From Octopus sinensis (Eukaryota), in the NCBI RefSeq assembly GCF_006345805.1, contig NC_043002.1:40920001-40984000 (forward strand): a DNA stretch of 64,000 nt, written 5' to 3'. Positions 38,905 through 53,019 of this stretch are shown here, one piece after another. Each line of letters begins with the position of its first letter. The stretch's first letter is position 1. The translations under genes and the position numbers were made by a program. The notes beneath the pieces are model-generated. The model saw only the letters and a list, made by a program, of their open reading frames with translations, was not told where the DNA came from and did no database searches.

Positions 38905-39737
38905 TTAAAACAGCATTGGTCATTTGAAGGGAAGGTGGACATAATTTGGTTGACTATTAGAGGTCTTGATTTTTGAGAATATCTGACAAAGGTTATATCA
39001 TCTGAATGGCAACTGCAACAATGGTGCAAGAATAAGAACAAGAACAACAATAATATAAATCAATGTGTTTCTAAGTTGTCAATCATGATTAACATCATCA
39101 TTTGATGTCCGTTTTCCATGCTAGCATGGGTTGGATGGCTTGACAGGAATTGGCAAGGCCAGGGGCTGCACCAGGATCCATAGTCTGTTTTAGCGTGGTT
39201 TTCATGGCTGGATGCCCTTCCTAAAGCTAACCACTTTACAGAGTGCACTAGGCACCAGTACCAATGCTGCTTACATGGTGCCAACACTAGTGCTTTCTTA
39301 CATAACACTGGCACCAGTGCTTGCTACGTGGTATCAGCACCAGTGCTTCTTTTTATGTGGCACCAGCATCAGTGCTTTTTACATGACATCAATGCCCACA
39401 CTAAAGCTTTTTATGTGGTTTTAAGATCTCAGTTCTGTTGCTTTTTCAAATAACACCCCACATCATCATCATCATCATCATCGTATTAACATTTCCTTTT
39501 CCATGCTTGCATGGATCGGACAGAGCTTATTGAGGCAGATATTTTAATGACTGACGCCCTTCTTGTCACCAACTCCCATCTGTTTTTATGTAAGATAATA
39601 TCTCTCCATGACCAGACATGCTCTGGCAGAATATTGAAAATGAATGACACAGCTTGTATGACAGTGACATACACATTTACAACTATACAATGTCAAGACA
39701 AGGAGGAGCAAGCACACATATACATCACCCCCATATA

Positions 39738-40558
39738 CAAGGTGCGATGGCTAAATTGTTGCCATATTATATTTTTTTTATTTTGCACATGCGCATTGTT
39801 TGTTTTTTATTTTGTTGACTACACAGTATAGTAGGGTCAGTTGGGTACTGTCTGTGAGAAAAGCAGCACCATGTTAATTCACTCTGCCAGAAACTTGGAA
39901 TTGACATGCTGTACTGCTTGGCATTTGCACTGGAAGCTCCAATATGAACATTTCAGAGTATCTGGATGTCAATCTAAGGACAGTGCATTCTGAGGACATG
40001 TATTGAGAGTGATAAAAATCAAATGTCCAGTCAACATCATGGTGTTTGGAGTGATCACCAGTGACAGTGATGCTATGCTTCCATCCATCTTCCCACACAG
40101 CCTCAGACTCAACATGGAGGCCTACATCAAGTGCCTGGAGGAGGTAGTGCAGCCCTGGGTCAAGAGGGTGGCTGCTGGAAGACCCTATATCAGGCACACA
40201 AGCAGGAGAACCCAGTCATGGCTGTCAGATAATTTCTGCGACCACATTACCACTAACATCTGGCCACCTAACTCCCCAGACCACAAGCCTCTTGATTATA
40301 TGTGGGGTGCAGTTGATGAACTGACAGTAAGGATTATGACAGCATTCACCAACTTAAACAAGGAGACTGTCCAGAAGAGTTGCAGGAAATTCCAAAGTAG
40401 GCTGTGGTTGAATCCAATGGCGATTTTATTGAATAAATTTACTCTTTAGTATTTCCAGATATATTAGGTAATTTTGGTAAATACATCTGTTAAAATGAGA
40501 TGTCAGTGTTATTTTCATTTTTGTGCAATTTAGATGACAATTTCTTCATTGCATCCTG
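39738..40558 (+). mobile_element. Deleted Tc1/mariner element, maT (DD37D)-like
   Basis: IMVFGVITSDSDAMLPSIFPHSLRLNMEAYIKCLEEVVQPWV..WPPNSPDHKPLDYMWGAV; degenerate TIRs (CAAGGTGCGATG / CATTGCATCCTG) with TA flanks. Confidence 0.8.
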
Positions 40559-41383
40559 TATGTGTGTGTGTGTGTGTATGTGTGTGTGTGTGTGCATGCG
40601 TGTGTGTGCGTGTTGTATGTGTGTGTGTGTGTGCATGTGTCTGTGTGTGTGTGCATGCGTGTGTGTGTGCATGCATGTGTGTGTGAGTGTGTGTGCATAT
40701 AAATATATATATAAATGGTGAGTGTCTATCAGTTCCCATTTACCAAATCTCCACTCACAAGGCTTTGATCAGCCTGGGCTATAGTAGAAGACACTTTCCC
40801 CAAGGTGTCATGCAGTGGGATTGAACTCAAAACTATGTGGTTGGGAAGCAAACTTCTCAACCGCACAACCACCCTATGAGCTTGGAAAAAAAAAGCATAA
40901 AAGGAAAATAAGAAACTTTAGATAATGAATTACAAAATACTAATCCGAACAGTTTTGGTCACAGATTTGTTCAATCAGAACTGAGTTTGGATAAGCAGCA
41001 GCAACAGCAATAAAGAAAACAACATTAGTAATAATGACAATAACAACTCATAAACATTGTAGTAATGCAGGTGAAGACATATACAGGTGTAAATAAGCTT
41101 GTATCAATGACATACCAAAGGAGACAGTATCATCTATCAGAGCTGACACTGGAGTTAAAGTACAGTGAAAGTTGATCTGGTTCATTCCAGTGCATTTCAG
41201 TGCAAATGATAGGTTAGTCATACAAAACTGCTTTCATTCTCTCAGTAAATTGATGTTCCAATTCAGAGTGAAACAGCTGCACACTATTTTGAATATGTTA
41301 GCTGTTAGATTGTGTCTGTAGACATTAAATTAGTGTTGTTGTCATTGCCACTGTAATTATCATTGACATTTTCATTATCTGTA

Positions 41384-41961
41384 TGAGAGTTAGCTGAAAT
41401 GTTCCAGGTTGACCAAGCTACTCTCATGTAACATGACCAGTTAAGGTTTATTTTTCAACATAATCTCCACCCTTACACTGGAGTTGCAGTGCTTGGATCC
41501 TATTGGTGAAAGAGCTTTCATCCTGTTGCTCAAAGAAGTCATCAACAGCAGATATAACATCATCACTGTGATACTGGTTCAATCCCCAGCCAAGTGTTTT
41601 CTCAAGATGGGAAATAGATGATAAGTAAGATGGGGCCAAATCAGGAGAATATGGAGGGTGATCGACCAGTTCAAAGACAGTCATGCACAGCAGACATTGA
41701 AACTAAGGACTTGTGTGCTGGAGCATTGCCCCGACGAAACAAGGCCCCTTTTGTCAATCTTCCTGGGTGTCTGGTTTGATTTTCAAGAGAAGTTGCTACT
41801 AGTTACTTTTGAAGTCTTCTTTGAACAGTCAGATGTCAGTTTACCTGAAAAGAAAACAATATAGTTATTAATAAGAAGAGATGAATTTCATGTGTGTAAG
41901 ATTTCACACATCTAGCATCACTCCTTCATAATCAACCTATGAACTTTTCAGCCCACCCTTG
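41384..41961 (-). mobile_element. Internally deleted mariner
   Basis: FELVDHPPYSPDLAPS..DDVISAVDDFFEQQDESSF..KGGDYVEK (transposase C-terminus); right TIR GAACTTTTCAGCCCACCCTTG+TA. Confidence 0.85.
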
Positions 41962-41994
41962 TATGTGTCTTTATCATCATCATTATCAACACAG

Positions 41995-42350
41995 GTAGCA
42001 ATGTTATCATCATCATCATCATCATCATCAACACTGCCACCTAGTTGATGTTAATAGTGGTAGTGATGATGATGATGATAATAATGATGATGAAAACACT
42101 GCCATTTATATTAATGATAATGGTGACACAGGTGATGATGACAATGATGACTATGTTGATGATGCTGATATTGATGATGATGATGACAATGATGATGATA
42201 ACGACGATAACACTGCCATCTATATTGACGAAGATGATGATGACAATGATGACATTGCACCGATGTTGATGATGATGATAATAGTGATTATGTTGTAAAT
42301 GATGCTGATGATGATGATAATGTAAATAATAATGACAGTGATGACATTAT
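41995..42350. repeat. Degenerate (GAT/CAT)n block
   Basis: Direct sequence inspection. Confidence 0.9.
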
Positions 42351-42356
42351 TGTAAA

Positions 42357-43332
42357 CTAGATTAGAAGCCACCCAACAGGGTATCTTTTAAGCTAACTCC
42401 TGTGAAGGGCTCCCCATCGGTCTTGGGCCGCCCAACAATGACACTTTATGCATTGAGTACATATTAAATTTTATTAAACTTGAACAATATTTTTCAAGCA
42501 ATGAACAATTTTCATAAAAAAAACAATGATATAATTTGTTGGCTTGGAACTTGTTGCAAAGCTGCATGATAAACAACATATTTTGTTTTCCCATTTGGGG
42601 TCAGTACAAATAGCTTGTTTCCATTCCCTATCCTTGAACAACCAGCATATAGCTGGCCATAGGCAACAATAAACTTACCTTTTAAAAGTTCAACGATAAT
42701 TCTTTTGATGCCACTTAATTTAAAAACAATTTGTCGCATGTAGGGTCTTACTTTTCATACAAACAATTATTTATAGTGGCTGGTATGTATCTAAATTCCT
42801 GTTCGTAGTTTGAAGTAAAATTACATCACTGTCGCTAAACACTATTTTAAAATGCGATTTTTATGGTTTGGAATTGCTCTAAACATATATGATCATAAAG
42901 AGCTTTGAAATTTAGTATGTTTTAGAATTTTTTAAGGTAATAATAAAATTTTCATGCAGTCGGAATGCGCTAAGTTTCCATAACTCCAAAGGCTGACAGC
43001 ATGAAAATAGGTCTGACAAATTTTATTAATATCTGAAAAAATACTAAGTTTTCAACATTTTTATGGTAGAGAGTTATGAGAGGTAATACTGTATGAGAGA
43101 GTGACCTCAATATGTATTTCAGTTTCGAATGTTATGAAGCACGTGTTATGGTTAAATTACTTGATACAGTTACAATATTTAGAGAAAGATTTTTTTCAAA
43201 ATGTTAGGATTAAGAAAGAATCAAGACTGAAGAATAGTGGAAGAGTCATTGAATATTGAGAGAAGGGGTCAGAGGAGTAAAGTTGAAAAAGTGTGACACT
43301 CTGACATTCGCTTTCGTATTTGTTATTATAGA
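42357..43332 (-). mobile_element. Non-autonomous Helitron with both termini
   Basis: On minus: A|TCTATAATAAC...ACCC-TGTT-GGGT hairpin...CTAG|T. Internal remnant AYGQLYAGCSRIGNGNKLFVLTPNGKTKYVVYHAALQ (Pif1-like helicase C-terminus). Inserted in a (GAT)n tract. Confidence 0.8.
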
Positions 43333-43419
43333 TGATGATGATGGTGATGATGAAGAAGCTATCATTATTGAAGACATCCCTAATCTACAACAACAAAATT
43401 ATTAGACTGAATTCTTTGA

Positions 43420-43815
43420 TTCTTTTATTTGTTTTAGTCATTTTGACTGTAGCCATGCTGGAGCACTGCTTTTTAGTCGAAGAAATCAACCCCTGGACGT
43501 ATTCTTTTGTAAGCTTGGTATTTATTCTATCAGTCACTTTTGCTGAACAGCTAAGTTACGGGGATATAGACACACCAACATCGGTTTTCAAGCGATAGAG
43601 GGGGGGGGACAAACACAGACACAAACACACAAATACAAACATACACACATATATATGATGGGCTTCTTTCAGTTTCTGTCTACCAAATCCACTCACAAGG
43701 CTTTGGTTGGCCCAAGGCTATAGTAGAAGACACTTGCCCAAGGTGCCACACAGTGGGGCTGAACCAAGAACCATGTGGTTAGGAAGCAAGCTTCTTACCA
43801 CACAGCTATGCCTGT
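43420..43815 (-). mobile_element. SINE family A copy
   Basis: Full-length match to 10015-10388. Confidence 0.8.
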
Positions 43816-44589
43816 GTCATCATGATATATGGTTTAAATTCCAATCCCATGGCAACAGATACCATGGCTAAAGATGTGCAAATAGTTAAGTTAATGTTAA
43901 CAATCTAGTGAAGTGAGGATTATAAAATCTTATTGGGAATAAGTATGAGGTGAAGAAAAGACATTAGCTTTATCTTTTATTTTTTAACTTCGTTCATTTA
44001 TAGGACTTCAGCCATACTGGAGTACTGGAGCCTCGGAAAAATCAATGCTAGTACTTATATTTTAAGCTTGGTGCTTATTCTATTGGTCTCTCTTGCTGAA
44101 CTGTTAAGTTACAGGGATGTAAACAAACTGACACCAGTTGTCAAGTGGTAGTGGTATTTCGGGGAGGGGGGTGTATGTATAAATGTATGTATGTATGTAT
44201 GTATGTATGTATGCATGTATGTGTGTGTATGTGTGTGTATACATATATATATAAACATTTAGCAGAGGTAACAGAGTCACTTAAGGTCCAAGAGTTTCGT
44301 GTATTGACACTTATCAAATTAGTCACACAGACAGACACATATTATATATATATATATATTATCCTCATCATCATCATTTAATGTCTGCTTTCCATGCTGG
44401 CATGAGTTGGACTATTTGACTGAGGACTGGCAAGCCAGGAGGCTGCACCAGGCTCAAATCTGATCTGGCAAGGTTTCTACAGCTGGATACCCTTTCTAAT
44501 GCCAACCACTCCAAGAGTGTAGTGGGTGCTTTTTATACGCCACCGGCATGGGAGCCAGTCAGGTGGCACTAGCATTGAACATGCTCAAA

Positions 44590-44785
44590 TGGCGCTACAG
44601 AAAACTAAAAAGGAAGACAAGTGAACAAACAACGAACAGGTGTATTAGTTTAACACTCGGGAAGAATGGAGAAGTTTTTGATGTTTCGAGCCTATGGTCT
44701 TCGACAGAAAGAGATGAGAGGAAAAAAATAAATGGAGAGAGAATGAAGAAATAGAATGAGAAAAAAATGTGTAGGGATATATATA
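44590..44785 (-). mobile_element. Family-3-related element with a degenerate hammerhead (44675-44712)
   Basis: Reverse complement reads UCUUU CUGUCGA A GACC-AUAG-GCUC GAAA CA UC AAAAA. The downstream tail resembles the degenerate copy at about 2620-2720. Confidence 0.65.
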
Positions 44786-45481
44786 TATATAATCATCATT
44801 TAATGTCTGTTTTCCATGCTGGCATGGGTTGGATGGATTCACTAAAAACTGTTAAGCTGGCAAGCTGCACCAAGTTCCAATCTGATTTGGCATGGTTTCT
44901 AACACTGGATGCCCAGCCTAGTGCCAATCACTCCTGGCATGTAGTGGGTGCTTTTTACTTGCCAGTTACAAAACACCAGCATTGGCCACAACTATGATCT
45001 CACCGTGCTTGACATGTCTTCTCAAGCATGGGGTATTGCCAAAGGTCTTGGTCACTTGTCACTGCCTCTGTGAGGCCCAAAGTTTGGAGGGTGCTTTTCA
45101 CGTGTTATCGGTACAGGTGCCAGTTCTGCAACACTGGCATCAACCACAACAACGATTTCAAGTGGCTTGATGTAGATGGGCTTCCACACAGTTTGCATTA
45201 ATTATATTCATTCACAAAGCATTGGTCAGCCTGTAGCTGTAGTAGAAGACACTTGCCTAAGGTGTTGCACAGTGAGACTGAACTGAAAACCACATTGCAA
45301 AGCAAGCTTAACGACACAGCTATGCCTGCACCTATAGCAACACTTACCCCATATTACATACTCATGTCTTAAAGAAAAAAAAAAGAGATGTACACATTGA
45401 ATATAAATTTATGTGTGAATAAAAGACAGAATAGCCATAGCTGGAACAGGGGTGTTTGATCAGGAGTGATTTGGGAGTTAA

Positions 45482-45703
45482 CCCTTTTGTTACCAACCCG
45501 GCCAAAACCGCCTCTGGCTCTGTAGTACAAATGTCTTGTTTTCATAAGTATTGAATTAAAATCTTCCACCAAACCTTAGTCACAATTTATGTTCCCAACA
45601 CTAGCTTAATGATAACTAAGTTCTTTTACTAAATTCTTTGTTATATTTAAAATTAATTAAATGAAACACAGAACATCTCAAAATAAATACGGTAACGAAA
45701 GGG
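45482..45703. mobile_element. TTAA-flanked MITE family 1, second copy
   Basis: TTAA|CCCTTTTGTTACC...GGTAACGAAAGGG|TTAA. Confidence 0.8.
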
Positions 45704-46589
45704 TTAAACAACAACAGCAGCAGTGATGGCAGCAATAGTAGTAGTAGTAGTAGCAGCAGCAATGACATCATCATCATCAGCAGCAGCAGCAATCACTTTA
45801 TTGACATTTTTGTTATTTGAAGTATTTATTAATGAATTGAATAGATCTTAGTGATCATTTTTCCAGAAAATCTATGAACTATTCCTGACAGGTGAGACTA
45901 TGTCAAAGGTGTCCTGTCTGAACTTGCAGGTTGTATACCATCTCTAATCAGACATACCCAATACTATAACTCAGGTCCTTTTACTTACTACTTTTTCATC
46001 ATCTGTTCTTTTCAGAATGTCAAGCTTCTAGAATTTCTAGCTACCTACATCATCATCATCATCATCATAAGCGTTTAACGTCCGCTTTCCATGCTAGCAT
46101 GGGTTGGACGATTTGACTGAGGACTGGCAAACCAGATGGCTGCACCAGACTCCAATCTGATCTGGCAGAGTTTCTACAGCTGGATGCCCTTTCTAACGGC
46201 AACCATTCCGAGAGTGTAGTGGGTACTTTTACGTGCCACCAGCATGAGAGCCAGTCAGGTGGTACTGGCAACAGCCATGCTCAAATGGTGCTTTTTATGT
46301 GCCATCTGCACAGGAGGCAGTTCAGTGGCACTGGCAACGACCTCGCTTGAATGTTTTTTCATGTGCCACCAGCACAAGTGCTAGTAAGGCGACACAGGTA
46401 ACAATCATGCTCAAATGGTGTTTTTAATGTGCCACTGGCACGGAGGCCAGCTTGTTGTTCTGGCAACGATCTCACTCGATCTACATTTTTACCAATCAGT
46501 CACAAAGTTCCACCCTTGTTGTGATGTGCTACCTTGTGTGCCACAATGACCCTGAGAGTTATGCCAGCAGAACATGAGCTTCTGGAAGG

Positions 46590-46890
46590 GCTTTTTTTTG
46601 CTGGGCAGGTCAAAGGACAGAGGCCAGACTAATATGGACCATCTTTTCCCAGAAGTAAAAATGGGTTTGTGCAGGGCCAAAGTTATAGACACATTGATAA
46701 CAATATGAAACCAACAAGCCTTGGAAGAAGAAGGCCTTCCCTCAGAGAGACATATGCAGCAGGATAATAAGGCAGAGCTGAAAAAGCAGGGATTTAACTA
46801 GAAAGAAGCAAAACAGAGAGCCTGGAGTTGAGAACAGGGAGACAAAGTCATTGATAGCCTATGCTCCATAGGGAGAAAAGGGCTTAAACA
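46590..46890 (+). mobile_element. RTE LINE 3'-end fragment
   Basis: KAELKKQGFN*KEAKQRAWS*EQGDKVIDSLCSIG. Confidence 0.55.
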
Positions 46891-46935
46891 AAACACATTT
46901 TTCCTATGGACACCAGCCTACAGATGCTGGATATA

Positions 46936-47367
46936 TGAGGTGGTATCAAAAGATTCCTGGACTAGTTCTGTAGTGTGCCAACAGATGGCAGCCCATGGTT
47001 GTGTGTACATTGTGAGCTAACAATGACCTTCATGAGGCAGTGTGCTGAGTGGCATTGCTGTGTTTGCTTCACAAGTTGTAATATTTGTGTTTTTGTGATC
47101 ACATGTATGCTCTAGTCCACAATTTTTTTCATGGACATGAAATTGGGAGGTCTGCTACAGGCACATTGAGCATGCTTTGGCAAGCTTATGGCAACAAAGC
47201 AATGGGTTGTACACAAGTTTTCAAGTAGCATGGATACTTCAAAAGCGGAAGAATGTCCCTGAAAGATGATGAGCAATCTGGAAGACATGCCACGAGTGTC
47301 AACAGTGGTAAATAAATTATTTTTTTATTAAACATAATTCGTGTGGGAGCCTTTTGATACCACCTCA
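46936..47367 (+). mobile_element. Internally deleted mariner (N-terminal HTH remnant)
   Basis: Perfect TIRs TGAGGTGGTATCAAAAG with TA flanks; LSMLWQAYGNKAMGCTQVFK*HGYFKSGRMSLKDDEQSGRHATSV. Confidence 0.8.
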
Positions 47368-48077
47368 TATATCTAACAGTCTGTGGAGGCTATAGGTGTC
47401 TCCCTTTTCTTCCTGATTAAACCAGTAAAAAATCTGCAATGGACCAGTGTCCCATCCAGGTGTAGAATACATACATACATGAAAACGGGAAACTGGCCCT
47501 TCTGAGTCAGCATGACTTGAAAAGGTAATGTTACTGAATTTTTTTTTTAAACCAGTAAAAAAGAAAATTCTACTGTGTATCTGTATAATCCAGTAATGTA
47601 ATCCAATAGCGCTGTTTGCTTTCTTTTTTGCCTCTAACTTGTGTGAAGAGATAACACTAGAAATACAATTACATTTCATCAACAAGAAATTCCATTTGTT
47701 TATTTTTTTCTGCTGTGAAGATAATTTCACTGCAGACTTAACATTATTTACAATGAATGCCATCCTCCTTACATCTGAATGATTATATTCAAGAAAAAAA
47801 CAGTTACAGCTGGTTGTGCCAATAACATGTTGGTGTGCTAGCTGAACTGCAAGTGTTCTGTATTCCTCACCAGTGCAAAAACTGTTTCCATCGCCAAGGT
47901 ACTTGGGCACCACAAAACCGTAAGGGTGGATGAGAATACACGGCTAAGTTGTTGGTTAACCCTGAGTAGCTCTGAATGAGCAGACCCATGATCAGAGGGG
48001 TCCATATTATTTGCATATCTAAGACTTTATTGTCTCAAGTGCCTTTTCTTCTTTAATACAATAGAGTGTGATTTGAG

Positions 48078-48312
48078 AAGGGCGGCAAGCTGGCAGAAAC
48101 ATTAGCACACCGGGCGAAATGCTTAGTGGTATTTCGTCTACCACTATGTTCTGAGTTCAAATTCCACCGAAGTTGACTTTGCCTTTCATCCTTTCGGGGT
48201 TGATAAAATTAAGTACCAGTTATGCACTGGCGTTGATGTAATCAACTTAATTCCTTTGTCTGTCCTTGTTTGTCCCCTCTATGTTTAGCCACTTGTGGGC
48301 AATAAAGAAATA
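48078..48312 (+). mobile_element. tRNA-derived SINE family B (representative copy)
   Basis: GGCGGCAAGCTGGCAGAA A box, GAGTTCAAATTCC B box, central GACTTTGCCTTTCATCCTTTCGGGGTTGATAAAATTAAGTACCAG (Meta-domain-like, from memory). Other copies ~680-880, 20575-20740, 20760-20960, 20990-21180, 33994-34226, 34230-34395, 59415-59570. Confidence 0.8.
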
Positions 48313-49540
48313 AGTGTGTGATTTGAGAGAGATTTGGCTACTATAACTAGTAGGTCAAATAACTGCATGAAGACTGCCTCATTTAGTTCATTGATGGCTA
48401 AGTCAATCGGTCACATGGTAACAAACTAAAAAGTCAACAGCCTGTTTCTTGTCACAACTACTGCGCTGACAAAGATGCACAAGCACAATGGTGTGCTGTA
48501 TCATCTCTCTCTTCCTCTCTCCTATCACTATTCTACAATAATTCCTGACCATATGATACACATGCCTCTCTGCTTCCAGCCATTCTTATTATATTTCAAC
48601 CACACTAAACACTTCCATTAGTCCTGCCTTCCCACTACTGCATTTCTCTGGAGCTCTCTCCTGATCAATAGTTTCCATAATGGATATTATATTATTGAAG
48701 CTCGAGTTAAACATTAACCACATCAAATCACCAGTCTGGGAAAGACTTCACCTTTACACTATGGAGTAAAAAAAAAAGACAAAGAAAAAACCCATTAACT
48801 GTCAACAGCTGAATTCACTTGGCTCTAATTATGGGCTGCAAATAATATAGTAGACTGCTGTAGGCAGTGGCTGTACTATAAAAGTAATATGAGATTCATT
48901 AGCTTGCAAGGCCAAATTCTAGTTTTCCTGTAGCCTTGAAGAAGGAAATGATAAATTAGTCCTGTATATTCCTCCTTGGAATCTGTACACGAAGACTGAA
49001 TTTTCATTGTTGTTACACTGTGTCACAAAAATTATACAAAATAAAATGTATCTTATAGCTGTAACACATTTCAGCACTGTATAACAAACCAATGTTCTGT
49101 TTTAATAGCTTGTTAACTTGGGTAGGGGTTGAAACAAAAGATCTCTTTGAAGTCAGTTAGGGTAATAACCCATCATAAAATGAATCTAATTTGATTTCAA
49201 CAAATCAAGCAGTTGACTTGCATGGGGGAGGCTGCATATATGTCGCTATACAACTGGTACATACAAAATATTTCTTATAGAAATGCCGAGTGAAAAGACG
49301 ATTCCTGATGCATGTCTTTAAGACACCCATACAAAAGACCTACACATGTCGACCAACTTTTCGATCTGTATCATATACGTGTGTTTGTGACCTTATGTAG
49401 TCCACCAGACAGAATGCACTAAATACAAGGGTTATTTTGGCACACCAAAATTGAAGCACACCCCTACGCATGCACTCCACTGGTTCAAAAGCACGTTGAA
49501 AAATGCAGTAGTGAGGACACCATGGTCACTATTGTAGTGT

Positions 49541-50222
49541 TTAAGGTTAGGGGATAGTGTTAGGGGTTAGGTTTATGTTTATGTTAGGGTTAGAGTTAGG
49601 TTTAAGGTTAAGATTAGTGTTAGGGGACAGGGTAAGGGTTATGGTTAGGACAAGGATTAATGTTAGCATTAAGATTAGGTTCAATGTTAGGGTTAGGGTT
49701 AGAATTAGCATTAGGGATAAGTTCAAGATTAAGCTTAAGGTTAGAGTAAAAGTTAGGGCAAGGGTTAGCATTTAGGTTAGGGTTACTGATATGTTAGGGG
49801 TTAAGGTTAGAGTTAGTGTTTGGTTCTGGGTAAGGCATTAAATATTAAAAAGGTTATAGAGCAAGGTAAAGAGGTTAGCATTAAGATTAGGGTTAAGTTT
49901 AGCATTTGGAGTAGGGATAAGGTTAGGGGTTAGAGTTAGGGTTAGGGATAAGGGCTCAGTCCTGGGTTAGGGTTTGGGTTAACATTAGCACAAGCATTAG
50001 GATTAAGTTTAGGGTGAAGGTTAGGGGATAAGTTTAAGGGTTAAGGCTTAGGGTTAGGGATACTGTTAGAGTTGAGGTCACTAGTAAGGGGTTAGCATTA
50101 GGGATAAGGGCTAGGGTTAGAGTTAGCCTTATGGTTAGAGTCAAAGTTTGTTTTAGAGTAAGGGTTGGAAGTTAGGGTTAGTGGTTAGGGGTAAGGAGTT
50201 AGGGTTAGGGTAAAGGTTAAGG
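49541..50222 (+). repeat. Degenerate telomere-like (TTAGGG/GGTTAG) interstitial tract
   Basis: About 680 bp of hexamer-period GGTTAG/GGTTAA/GGATAA variants. Confidence 0.8.
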
Positions 50223-50378
50223 TCTTCTTGGTGATGCTGCAACATGCCCAGACTCTCTTCTCAAACTTCCCATATACTACAAATGTTTTCTGAATGCACA
50301 GGTATGGATGTATACACACACACACATGAATACATACAAATACATATATATACATACACACACACACAAATATCTGTT

Positions 50379-50409
<31 letters not shown>

Positions 50410-51623
50410 AATATCTGTTATACATACATACACACACACACACACACATACATACATACATACATACATACACATATATATATACTCTCTATGCAGGGGC
50501 AAATAATTTGTGAGAAAAAATATAATTCTTGAAAATTTATTTGCTAAGATATTAATTTTGTTATCATCTGGAATGACTATATATATCTACTTATTTATAC
50601 ATCAATGTATTTGTGCAAGTTCACATGGTAGAATACGTGTGGTTGTGCACAGAAATTTCTATTTCTGTATGGAGAAATTGAAAGACTTAAAGAACTTTTG
50701 TTATTTCCTTGGTGCTATGATTGGGAATGTTCAAGAACTACAAAAAAAGGGGGAAAGGGTTGGCTGCTGTTGCTTCATTCAGGTACATCGTATAGTATTG
50801 CAAAGTAAACCATTAGTAAGCTATGATCCCCACCACACACATACGTGTACATATTACACCTTTAGAACTAAAGTTCCTGGCTGTCGTAGACCAAACTTCA
50901 GTGTAATTAGGTGGAAAACATGGCAATTATGAAAATAATTTGGAATTAAATAACAGAAAACCGGTCTGCTTTGCAATTCATGTTACATGTGTGTAACGTT
51001 TCATACTGATATAGACTTCTGTTTTATGATCAACCAATTTTATGTTTGGTTCAGTTGTTATTTTTAGTAGAACTGCTATATTTTTGACATATTGTTGACT
51101 GCAAAGGTTGTCAAGAATGTTACTGAATAGGAATTGAAAATAGTTTGTAGAAATACATCTACAACTGCACCAACATTTTAGAACTATCATGATGAAAACA
51201 AGATTACTTTTAGAAACATAATTGGACCAGATGGTATTTTGCACAGAAACCTGAAAAAATTTTAGAAGCATCTAAGGAGTAATATTCCATAGTCACACCT
51301 TTTGTTCTTTTTTTCCTTTTCCCAGTTCATAGGAGGCATGCACTCAATATCAATTACAGTAAATGTAATTAACTGAAATGATCCGTATCACTTAAATATT
51401 TTTGCTTGAGATGATTTTCTCATATTCTTGAATACATAAAAACAGAGAAATTCCTAACAATTTTTCTGTAGACTTCTGATAACTACAGTTTAGGTAATGC
51501 TTTGTTGAGGAGGTCTAATAAAACTGAAACATGCATGGAGTTGCCTTTATATTTTCTTCCTACTGCATGCGTCCATTAAATTTTTAACAGATGCAGAATA
51601 TGTATATGTATATGTGTGTGTGT

Positions 51624-51664
<41 letters not shown>

Positions 51665-53019
51665 TGTTTGTCTTCCAACATTGCTTGACAACTGATGCTA
51701 GTGTGTTTACATCCCTGTAACTTAGCGGTTCAGCAAAAGAGACCGATAGAATACTAGGCTTACAAAGAATAAGTCCTGGGGTTGATTTGCTCGAGTAAAA
51801 TCAGTGCTCCAGCATGGCCACAGTCAAATGACAAACAAGTAAAAGAGTAAAAGAGTAAAGAGTATAAAAGAAGCAAAAGGCATTGAGATTAGGTGAAAAC
51901 AACACGTAGATTAACAAGGTGTCTGGCTGAGAAAGAGAACATCTCTAGGGATGAGATAATTTCGTCTCTTATAACAAGAAGGAAACTCAAAATGCTTCAT
52001 ACGTGCCAAATTGCAATCAATTGCTTTTGCATCATAGAGTAATTGATTATTTTCGAGTTAAAAAGAGTTTAAAAAAAAAAAGGAAACAAATATTCTATGT
52101 GATGTGCAGAACGGAGCAAAAGGGTAAGAGCAAATTTTGGGTTGTGATTTTAATTACAGAATAAAAGTGATCGTAAGTCATAGGAGGGCGTGGTCTGTTT
52201 CAAGCCATTTTGATGGATAACAGAACAAGCACTGATATCATGTAAACCAGCAATACACAACCTGTGGCCCACAAAGGCATTTTGTGCAGCCCACAAAACC
52301 ATTTTGCAAAGACTTTGTTATTTTAATAAATAACTGAAAATTAACATAGTAAACTGCTTGTACCACAATCATACTCTGAAAATATACATAGTAGTATTTA
52401 TTTAAATCCTTAAAAATGTTTTAGCCCGAAGGCCGCGGCCATTTTTATTATTATATTTCTTTATATTAGCTTCCTTCATGTCTTCATTGAGTAAATTGCT
52501 ATATCCATCAAAATACACTCCTTTTTTGTGGCATACAAGATATGAACTTGTTAGTACGTGTTTTAAACAATTTTAGAATTCTTGTTGCTTAAAATTAAGT
52601 TTTCAGTAGCTCACTGCCTGGCATACAAGAAAGTCATGCCTGTGTTGTATCACTGTGTCTCTACATATCCAAGCTATGTTATATTTGAGCTATATTCAGA
52701 ATAGATATATGTATAAATTTATTTTTCTTTATGTAACACTCATTTTCTACATGCATATTCTGGTGCACAATTACATATATATCAGAACTGAAACATTTTA
52801 ATATTTTCTACAGCATTATTTGAACCCTTCCAATGGCAGAAGGGGTCAAAGATATGATATACTTTGTGGCACACCTTGAGTGATAGAATTCCTGATTTGG
52901 CCTTTTGGACAAAAAAATCTGTGCATCCCTGATATAAACTGAAAGATATAGAGTCTGGTTCTGAGGAAGGAATAACAACCATAGACTGGTGAATAGATGA
53001 ATTGTTAGTGAGATGGGTG

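Noticed and set aside
47365-47913. 182-aa minus-strand ORF
   Set aside because: No recognisable domain; low-complexity AT-rich and repeat-derived content.
50985-51060. Minus-strand GAAACGUU motif as a hammerhead
   Set aside because: No CUGANGA upstream with matching stems.
52860-52945. LYQGCTDFFVQKAKSGIL as the LCPDFP..QKAAR exon of CSTPP1
   Set aside because: Only scattered identities with a gap and a weak donor; likely coincidence.
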